Shown: positions 7,610-13,693 of the stretch, piece by piece
Layout: every line of letters starts with the position of its first letter
Position numbering within the stretch: position 1 is the first letter of the stretch
Assembly (NCBI GenBank): GCA_044868695.1
Contig: JBIOWP010000025.1
Coordinates: 1-13,693 of the forward strand
From: a bacterium
GTDB taxonomy: Bacteria; Sysuimicrobiota; Sysuimicrobiia; Sysuimicrobiales; Kaftiobacteriaceae
Length of the DNA stretch: 13,693 nt
Direction: 5' to 3'
The notes under the pieces: model-generated
The model's input: only the letters and a program-made list of their open reading frames with translations
What the model was told of the DNA's origin: nothing
Database searches by the model: none
Made by a program: the position numbers and the translations under genes

Positions 7610-8559
7610 AGGAAGAGGGAAGAGGGAAGAGGGAAGACGGGACACAGCGAATCCCCCTCTTCCTTCTTCCCTTTCCCCTCATCCTTGCCGCGCAGCGGCT
7701 GCTGATCGGCGGTCAGGCCGTCATCGAGGGCGTCATGATGCGTTCGCCCCGCTGGACCTCGACCGCCGTCCGCGGGCAGGATGGAGTGATTGCCGTGTTC
7801 ACGGAGGCCCGCGTCTCCCTCCTCGCGCGGCACCGCTGGCTGCGGGCGCCGGTGATCCGCGGGACCGTCACGCTCTATGAGGCGGTGGCCGCCGGCGTGC
7901 GCGCGCTGCTGCTGTCGGCGAACGCCGCCCTGGGGGCGGAGAGGCACCTGACCCCCCGCCGGGTCCACCTCTCGGTGATGGTCGGGCTGGGCCTCGCCAT
8001 CGGGCTGTTCATCATCGTGCCGGCCGCAGCGGTCCGGCTCCTCGAAGGGTCTATCGCCGGCGTGGTCCTGCTGAATCTCGCCGAGGGGGTCCTGCGGATC
8101 GCCATCCTGATCGGCTACCTCGGCAGCATCGGACGGCTCGCCGATGTGCGCCGCCTTTTTGGGTACCACGGCGCGGAGCACAAGGCCGTCAACGCCTATG
8201 AGGCCGGTGCGCCGCTGGATGCCGCCGGGGCGCGCGGGTTTAGCCGGTTCCATCCCCGCTGCGGGACGAGCTTCGTGCTGGTGGTGATGGTCGTGGCGAT
8301 CGCCGTCTTTTCGTTCCTGGGGCGGCCGCCGCTCCCGCAGCGCGTGGCGCTGCGCATCGCGTGCCTTCCGCTCGTCGCCGGCGTCAGCTATGAAATTGTC
8401 CGCGCGGGCGCTCGATTCCGGTGGCTGCGGCCGGTCGTGCTCCCCGGGCTCTGGCTGCAGCACCTGACGACGCGCGAGCCCGACGGCGCGCAGCTCGACG
8501 TGGCGGTGCGGGCCCTGCGCGAGGTGGTCGAACGCGACCACACCGGCGTTCCGGTATAA
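7606..8559 (+). CDS. DUF1385 domain membrane protein (predicted metal-dependent enzyme)
   Basis: [41 protein letters not shown]; several TM segments; GTG start overlapping the tdk stop (GTGA) with GGGGAGG SD. This family commonly lies next to rpmE/prfA/prmC. Confidence 0.88.
   Translation: MKEEGRGKREDGTQRIPLFLLPFPLILAAQRLLIGGQAVIEGVMMRSPRWTSTAVRGQDGVIAVFTEARVSLLARHRWLRAPVIRGTVTLYEAVAAGVRALLLSANAALGAERHLTPRRVHLSVMVGLGLAIGLFIIVPAAAVRLLEGSIAGVVLLNLAEGVLRIAILIGYLGSIGRLADVRRLFGYHGAEHKAVNAYEAGAPLDAAGARGFSRFHPRCGTSFVLVVMVVAIAVFSFLGRPPLPQRVALRIACLPLVAGVSYEIVRAGARFRWLRPVVLPGLWLQHLTTREPDGAQLDVAVRALREVVERDHTGVPV
7608..7680. repeat. Inverted heptamer array (GGGAAGA)n / (TCTTCCC)n at the 5' end of the DUF1385 CDS
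   Basis: GGAAGA GGGAAGA GGGAAGA GGGAAGA CGGG ... CCCCTCTTCCTTCTTCCCTTTCCCC. Confidence 0.8.
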
Positions 8560-8590
8560 TGTGAGTGCCATGGGTCTCGAGATGCCGGTT

Positions 8591-9658
8591 ATGGTCGACA
8601 AACTCCGGGCGCTGGCGGCGCGGCACGACGAGCTGATCCACGCCATGGCCGACCCGCGCGTGCTCGCGGACACGGAGCGCTTCCAGCAGCTCGCGCGCGA
8701 GCAGGCGTCGCTCGAGGACACGGTGGCGCTGTTCCGCGAATTTGAGCGTGCCGCACGGCAGGCTGACGAAGCGGCCGCGATGGCCCGTGAGGAGCACGAC
8801 CCCGAGCTCCGCGAGATGGCCCGCAGCGAGGAGTCCCGCCTGCGGGCCCGGCAGCAAGCGCTGGAGGCGAAGCTGCGCGAGCTGCTGACGCCGAAGGATC
8901 CGCTGGCCGACCGCAACATTATCATGGAGATTCGCGGCGGCGCGGGCGGCAATGAGGCCAGCCTGTTCGCCGGCGATCTGTTCCGGATGTACTCGCGATT
9001 TGCCGAGCGGAAGCGCTGGAAGGTGGAGGTGCTGGAGAGCAACCCGTCCGAGCTCGGCGGGTTCAAAGAAATCATCTTCAGTATCCAGGGCAAAGGGGCC
9101 TACCGGCGGCTCAAGTACGAGAGCGGCGTCCACCGTGTCCAGCGGGTGCCGGTCACCGAGTCGTCCGGCCGCATCCACACCTCCACCGCGACCGTGGCGG
9201 TGCTGCCCGAGGCGGAGGAGGTGGACGTTCAGATCCGCCCGGATGAAATCGAGATCGAGACGTACCGGGCAGGCGGCGCGGGCGGGCAGAATGTCAACAA
9301 GGTCGAGACCGCGGTCCGCATCCGCCACCTGCCCAGTGGCCTGATCGTGGCCTGCCAGGATGAGCGCTCCCAGCATCAAAATCGGGAGAAGGCGATGCGC
9401 ATCCTCCGGGCCAAGCTCCTGGAGATGGAGGTGCAGCGCCGCCAGCAGGCGATTGCGGCGCAGCGCCGGCAGCAGGTGGGGTCGGGTGACCGCAGCGAGA
9501 AGGTCCGCACGTACAACTTCCCCCAGAACCGCCTCACGGATCACCGCATCGGCCTCTCGCTGCACCGCCTGGACACGATCATGAACGGGGACCTGGATGA
9601 AGTGGCCGACGCGCTGGCGGCCGCGGAGGAACGCGCGGCGTTGACGTCCACCGTTTGA
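8591..9658 (+). CDS. prfA: Peptide chain release factor 1
   Basis: [29 protein letters not shown] (PxT motif of RF1), [24 protein letters not shown]. Start uncertain (in-frame 8561/8570/8582/8591; MVDKL matches the usual N-terminus). Confidence 0.97.
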   Translation: MVDKLRALAARHDELIHAMADPRVLADTERFQQLAREQASLEDTVALFREFERAARQADEAAAMAREEHDPELREMARSEESRLRARQQALEAKLRELLTPKDPLADRNIIMEIRGGAGGNEASLFAGDLFRMYSRFAERKRWKVEVLESNPSELGGFKEIIFSIQGKGAYRRLKYESGVHRVQRVPVTESSGRIHTSTATVAVLPEAEEVDVQIRPDEIEIETYRAGGAGGQNVNKVETAVRIRHLPSGLIVACQDERSQHQNREKAMRILRAKLLEMEVQRRQQAIAAQRRQQVGSGDRSEKVRTYNFPQNRLTDHRIGLSLHRLDTIMNGDLDEVADALAAAEERAALTSTV

Positions 9659-9674
9659 CTTCGGGACTGGGACC

Positions 9675-10610
9675 TTGCCCACCATCCGTGACGCCTACCT
9701 CCAGGGGAAAGAGCATCTTGCCGCTTCCGGCAGCGCGGAACCTGCGATTGAGGCCGAGATGCTCCTCCGCCATGCGCTTCAGTGGGATCGGGCGCGCCTC
9801 TATACCCAGTGGGACGGTGCCCTGCCCGGGAGGGTCTGGGACGAGTATCGCCGGCTGCTGGATGAGCGCGCCACCGGCCGGCCCGTGCACTATGTCGTCG
9901 GCGCTCGAGAGTTCCTGGGCCTGACGTTCGCCGTCGATGAGCGGGTGATGATCCCCAGGCCCGAAACCGAAGTCCTCGTCGAGTTCGTCACCCAGAGCCT
10001 GAAAGAACGGGCATCGGTCACCGGGCGCCGGGCACCGTCCACACCGGACGTGGGGCACACATCCCGGAGCCCGGAGCCCGAGGCCCGTCAGTGTGTGGTC
10101 GACGTCGGTACCGGAAGCGGCTGCGTGACCGTCAGCCTGGCCCGCCGGCTCCCTGGGGCGATTGTGTACGCGATCGACATTTCCGCCGGTGCGCTGGACG
10201 TGGCCCGGGGAAACGCCGCTCGGCATGGTGTCGCCGGGCGCATCGTCTTCTTGCAGGGTGACCTGCTGCACCCTCTGCCGCCGGACTGCGCGGGGCACGT
10301 GTCCGCGGTGGTCAGCAACCCCCCGTACATCCCGGTCTCGCTGCGAGACACCCTGCCGCGCGAAATTTCCCGGTTCGAGCCGACGGTGGCCGTGTTCGTG
10401 GACGGCGACGGCATCATGATGCACCAGCGCCTTATCGCTGATGCGCCACACTGGCTGGAGCCGTCGGGCATCCTGGCGATGGAAATCGCCGCCGGTCAGG
10501 CCGACGCCGTCGTCGAGGCGATGCGGCGAGACGGCCGGTACGCGGAGATCACCGTGCGGGCGGACTATGGGGGGACGGCGCGCATCGTGGCGGGCACGCG
10601 CCTGTCCTGA
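9675..10610 (+). CDS. prmC: Release factor glutamine methyltransferase (HemK)
   Basis: TTG start; VMIPRPETEVLV, VDVGTGSG (SAM motif I), VSNPPYI; directly after prfA. Confidence 0.95.
   Translation: MPTIRDAYLQGKEHLAASGSAEPAIEAEMLLRHALQWDRARLYTQWDGALPGRVWDEYRRLLDERATGRPVHYVVGAREFLGLTFAVDERVMIPRPETEVLVEFVTQSLKERASVTGRRAPSTPDVGHTSRSPEPEARQCVVDVGTGSGCVTVSLARRLPGAIVYAIDISAGALDVARGNAARHGVAGRIVFLQGDLLHPLPPDCAGHVSAVVSNPPYIPVSLRDTLPREISRFEPTVAVFVDGDGIMMHQRLIADAPHWLEPSGILAMEIAAGQADAVVEAMRRDGRYAEITVRADYGGTARIVAGTRLS
10007..10088. repeat. In-frame palindromic heptamer element inside prmC
   Basis: Arms ACGGGCATCGGTCACCGGGCGCCGGG (10007-10032) and CCCGGAGCCCGGAGCCCGAGGCCCGT (10063-10088) are reverse complements at 22/26 positions, with 7-nt periodicity. 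Confidence 0.75.
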
Positions 10611-10658
10611 GCACCCGGTGCCGGAGGAGGGCGGTCGGAGGAGCGGAAATAGTAGGCG

Positions 10659-11327
10659 ATGTCCTATTACCGGCTTACCTTCGCGAACCTTCGGGAATTC
10701 CACGCAGGGCAGATTCCAATCATTCGCGTTTCCGGTGACGACGGGCAGGCGCCGCGGCGGGCCGTCGAGGCGTTGCTGCGCGGGCAGATCATCGTCTATC
10801 CCACGGATACGGTCTATGGGCTGGGGTGCCGGATCGACGACGAGCGCGCGGTGCGGCGGATCCTCGAGGTCAAACGCCGGCCGCCCACGGCGCCACTCCC
10901 CGTGTTGCTGGCCGACCCCGCGCAGCTCGCGGAGTACGTTCGGGCCATTCCGCCGGCGGCCCGGCGGTTGATCAGCAGGTTTTGGCCGGGCGCCCTGACC
11001 GTGATTTTTCGGCGGTCAGACAAGATCCCCGCCATCGTGGCTGGGGGCGGCGAGACCGTCGCCGTGCGGGTCCCGGGCCATCCGGTCCCGCGCGCGCTGG
11101 TGCGCGCCACCGGCGTCCCGCTCGTGGGCACGAGTGCCAACTCTCACGGCGCGCCTCCTCCGCACACCGCGCAGGCGGCGGTCTACGATCTGGGGGATCG
11201 CGTGGACCTGGTGTTGGATGGGGGACGGGCGCCGCTGGGCCGGGAGTCGACCGTCGTCGACGTGACGGGGGAGACGCCCGCGATCATCCGCGAGGGCGCG
11301 ATCCCCGCGCGGGACCTGGGGCTGTGA
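10659..11327 (+). CDS. tsaC: L-threonylcarbamoyladenylate synthase (TsaC/YrdC-Sua5 family, no SUA5 C-terminal domain)
   Basis: YPTDTVYGLG, VKRRP (KxR), FWPGALT, VAVRVP, GTSANSHG, ESTVVDV; start uncertain. Confidence 0.93.
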   Translation: MSYYRLTFANLREFHAGQIPIIRVSGDDGQAPRRAVEALLRGQIIVYPTDTVYGLGCRIDDERAVRRILEVKRRPPTAPLPVLLADPAQLAEYVRAIPPAARRLISRFWPGALTVIFRRSDKIPAIVAGGGETVAVRVPGHPVPRALVRATGVPLVGTSANSHGAPPPHTAQAAVYDLGDRVDLVLDGGRAPLGRESTVVDVTGETPAIIREGAIPARDLGL

Positions 11328-11334
11328 GCCGCGG

Positions 11335-11877
11335 ATGAAGATTGCCGTTGCCAGCGACCACGCGGGATTCCGGCTGAAAGAAGAGCTTAAACTGCTCCTC
11401 CGCGAGCTCGGGCACGAGGTGCGGGATTTCGGCACCCACTCCTCCGACCCGGTCGACTATCCCGACTTCATCGCGCCGGCCGCCGGCGCGGTCAGCCGCG
11501 GGGACTGTGAACGGGGGATCGTGCTGGGTGGTTCCGGCAACGGGGAGGCCATGGTCGCCAACAAGGTACCGGGGATCCGCTGCGCCCTGTGCCACGATGT
11601 CACCACCGCGCGCCTCGCCCGGGCCCACAACGACGCGAACATGCTTGCCCTGGGCGAGCGTGTCACCGGCACGCAGGTCGTGAAGGACATCGTGCGGGTG
11701 TGGCTCGACACCCCGTTTGAAGGAGGACGGCATCAGCGCAGGCTGGAGAAGATGGCGGGGCTGGAACGGATCCGTCCCGCGCAGGGAACGAGGGAACCAG
11801 GGAACGAGGGAACAGGGAAACGGGCAGGCGAACGGACGGGTCGGGGACCCGCCTCGAAGCGGAAGAAGTTATCGTGA
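11335..11877 (+). CDS. rpiB: Ribose-5-phosphate isomerase B
   Basis: [49 protein letters not shown]; ~30-aa low-complexity C-terminal tail. Confidence 0.96.
   Translation: MKIAVASDHAGFRLKEELKLLLRELGHEVRDFGTHSSDPVDYPDFIAPAAGAVSRGDCERGIVLGGSGNGEAMVANKVPGIRCALCHDVTTARLARAHNDANMLALGERVTGTQVVKDIVRVWLDTPFEGGRHQRRLEKMAGLERIRPAQGTREPGNEGTGKRAGERTGRGPASKRKKLS
11783..11824 (+). repeat. Octamer tandem repeat (AGGGAACN) in the rpiB 3' end
   Basis: AGGGAACG AGGGAACC AGGGAACG AGGGAAC AGGGAAAC GGG; same unit as 6554-6591. Confidence 0.85.
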
Positions 11878-11899
11878 GTGTTCCCAAGGGGGTGCTCCG

Positions 11900-12535
11900 G
11901 TGGCGACGGGGAAGCTCTATGTGTTTGATCACCCGCTTATCTTGCACAAGTTGACCATCCTGCGGGACAAGCGCACCGGGCATAAGGAATTCCGCGAGCT
12001 GGTCGAGGAACTGGCCATGCTGATGGCGTTTGAAGTGACCCGGTCACACCCCACCCGCGAGGTGGCGGTGGAGACGCCGCTGGCAACGATGAAAGGCCGC
12101 AGCATCGCGGGGCAGGAAATCGCCGTGATCCCCATCTTGCGCGCGGGGCTGGCGATGGAGGTCGGCATCACGCGGCTGATTCCCACTGCCCGCATTGGGC
12201 ACGTTGGGATCTACCGGGACCCGGAAAGCCTGGAACCGGTGACCTACTACTCCAAGCTCCCCCTCGATATTGCTGAACGGGAGGCCATGATCGTCGACCC
12301 GATGCTGGCCACCGGCGGGTCGATCGTGGCGTGTATCGACACGCTGAAGCAGCGCGGGTGCCGGACCATCAAAGTGATGGCCATCATCGCGGCACCGGAG
12401 GGGATCAAGAAAGTGCACGACGCCCATCCCGACGTCGAGATCTACACCGCGGCGGTCGACAGCCACCTGAACGACCACGGGTATATCGTGCCCGGCCTCG
12501 GAGATGCAGGCGATCGCCTGTTTGGCACCAAATGA
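11900..12535 (+). CDS. upp: Uracil phosphoribosyltransferase
   Basis: GTG start after [56 protein letters not shown]. Confidence 0.97.
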   Translation: MATGKLYVFDHPLILHKLTILRDKRTGHKEFRELVEELAMLMAFEVTRSHPTREVAVETPLATMKGRSIAGQEIAVIPILRAGLAMEVGITRLIPTARIGHVGIYRDPESLEPVTYYSKLPLDIAEREAMIVDPMLATGGSIVACIDTLKQRGCRTIKVMAIIAAPEGIKKVHDAHPDVEIYTAAVDSHLNDHGYIVPGLGDAGDRLFGTK

Positions 12536-12996
12536 CGCGTCCATCGTGGGACGAGTATTTCATGCGCATGGCGATACTGGCAGCGTCGCGGTCGACGTGC
12601 GTGCGGCGGCACGTGGGCGCGGTCGTGGTGCAGGACCGCATGGTCCTCTCGACCGGCTACAACGACACGCCCCGGGGTCTGCCGAACTGCGGGGACGGCG
12701 GGTGCGCGCGCTGCGCCTCGGGCGTGCCGTCCGGCCAGGCGCTGGACACCTGCCTGTGCCTGCATGCCGAACAGAACTCCATTATCCAGGCGGCGTACCA
12801 CGGCGTGACCATCGCCGGCTCGACTATCTACACGACGCACCAGCCCTGCCTGACCTGCGCCAAGATGATCGTCAATGCCGGCATCCGGCGGATCGTCTTC
12901 TCGGGTGAGTACCCCGACTCCCTGGCCCGGGAGATGCTCGAGCACGCCGGGGTGGCGCTCGAACGCGTCGCGGTGGAACCGATCCCAACCGCCTGA
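12532..12996 (+). CDS. dCMP deaminase (ComEB-like, zinc-dependent)
   Basis: [40 protein letters not shown] overlap with the upp stop. Confidence 0.93.
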   Translation: MTRPSWDEYFMRMAILAASRSTCVRRHVGAVVVQDRMVLSTGYNDTPRGLPNCGDGGCARCASGVPSGQALDTCLCLHAEQNSIIQAAYHGVTIAGSTIYTTHQPCLTCAKMIVNAGIRRIVFSGEYPDSLAREMLEHAGVALERVAVEPIPTA

Positions 12997-13001
12997 CAGG
13001 C

Positions 13002-13067
13002 GGAAACAGGAAACCGGAAACGGGAAATGGGAAACGGGAAGCAACGACTGTCGAACCGCTGTTTCCC
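13002..13067. repeat. Heptamer tandem repeat (GGAAACN) x6 with short antisense partner
   Basis: GGAAACA GGAAACC GGAAACG GGAAATG GGAAACG GGAAGCA, then TGTTTCCC at 13060-13067. Confidence 0.85.
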
Positions 13068-13103
13068 GCAGTAGTGGCTCAGTCTGGACTGTCATCCGAC
13101 ATC

Positions 13104-13374
13104 TGTTGGGCTAGTGGAAGGCCGCTCCACTCTCGGGGCGGCTCACCCGCCGGGCGTAGCGCTCGGGCTCGCCAGCCACGATCGGCTGGGCTCACCCGGC
13201 CGGCACGACGGCCGGGCACGCTGCTCCGGGCCCCCCCGCACTACCGCGCGTTCCATCGTGCGTGGTGCTCCCTGCGCGACGCTGCGTGCGGGGCCCCGCC
13301 CTGCGCGACGCGGCCCTCGCGCACGGCGGCGACAGCTCGCCGCCACGTCGCTCCGCGGCCTTCCACCCGGCCCA
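13104..13374. repeat. Multi-hairpin element with terminal inverted repeats (MITE/REP-like or ncRNA)
   Basis: Perfect 12-bp IR GTGGAAGGCCGC (13114-13125) / GCGGCCTTCCAC (13355-13366) enclosing at least five GC-rich hairpins; no credible ORF. Confidence 0.5.
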
Positions 13375-13393
13375 CGCCAAGGAGAGTACCTTG

Positions 13394-13668
13394 GGTTAGT
13401 AGACTGGACCAGATGAACCTGGCGGCGGGCGAGTGGGGCGGCCCCGAGCGGAGATTGGAGGGCGGCAACCACCTGGCAGGCCATGAGGTCGGGATCGCCC
13501 CAGCCACGTCGCGGGAACGCAGCAGAGGCCGTCGTGTTCCGTCGCATATTGGCAGGCGAGCAGGCCAGGGAGCGTGAGGCCTGCACATCCAAGCTGAAGC
13601 CGCCCGACTCGACGCGAGGGACCGCCCCCGAGCAGCCAGCCGCCCGTCCATGCAGACGCCCCACTACC
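13394..13668 (-). ncRNA. Candidate rod-like structured element, family unassigned
   Basis: Series of nested inverted repeats centred near 13527; several helices gain G-U pairs on the minus strand, so the strand call is tentative. Confidence 0.4.
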
Positions 13669-13693
13669 TAGAAGAGGATAGTGGGTATTTCAA

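Noticed and set aside
2402..10703. Long minus-strand ORFs (e.g. 2402-3241, 3936-4973, 7579-9093, 8384-9685, 9579-10703)
   Set aside because: They are antisense shadows of well-supported + strand genes in high-GC DNA and show no recognisable motifs.
11717..12531. Extended N-termini of upp (11717) and the deaminase (12331) in the ORF track, likewise rpmE (6629) and DUF1385 (7462)
   Set aside because: The extensions overlap upstream genes or the promoter; downstream starts match SD sites, stop-start overlaps and family N-termini.
6554..13067. Short repeat arrays as CRISPR
   Set aside because: Units are 7-8 nt, contiguous, without unique spacers, and there are no cas genes in the window.
13394..13668. 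SRP RNA, RNase P, tmRNA or raiA identity for the terminal structure
   Set aside because: No SRP helix-8 CAGG-GNRA-AGCAG, no GAGGAAAGUCC and no tRNA-like ends; only a short GCAGGCGAG word resembles raiA, which is insufficient.
13074..13671. ORFs in the terminal region (13074-13577, 13114-13416, 13143-13664, 13241-13651, 13483-13671)
   Set aside because: Arg/Ala/Pro/Gly-rich low-complexity translations without SD or family motifs; better explained by GC-rich palindromic DNA.
13681..13693. Possible start of the next gene (GAAGAGG then GTG GGT ATT TCA)
   Set aside because: Only four codons are visible, too little to call.

Overview
High-GC bacterial chromosomal window with a single + strand housekeeping cluster in Firmicutes-like order: argS, SLH/BsuPI-like surface protein, transaldolase, rho, LysM-M23 peptidase, rpmE, tdk, DUF1385 protein, prfA, prmC, tsaC, rpiB, upp, dCMP deaminase. 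Most proteins are ordinary. The unexplained signal is mainly non-coding: (1) a promoter-preceded, multibranch ~180-nt structured RNA candidate between argS and the SLH gene, bracketed by a GTAG-type inverted repeat; (2) a ~270-nt multi-hairpin element with 12-bp terminal inverted repeats, followed by a ~275-nt rod-like fold-back at the window end; (3) a family of 7/8-mer tandem and inverted repeats at gene junctions that has entered three coding sequences in frame (prmC, rpiB, DUF1385). In addition, the SLH protein appears to carry a BsuPI-like domain inserted inside one SLH motif. All structures were paired by eye; no searches or folding programs were run.
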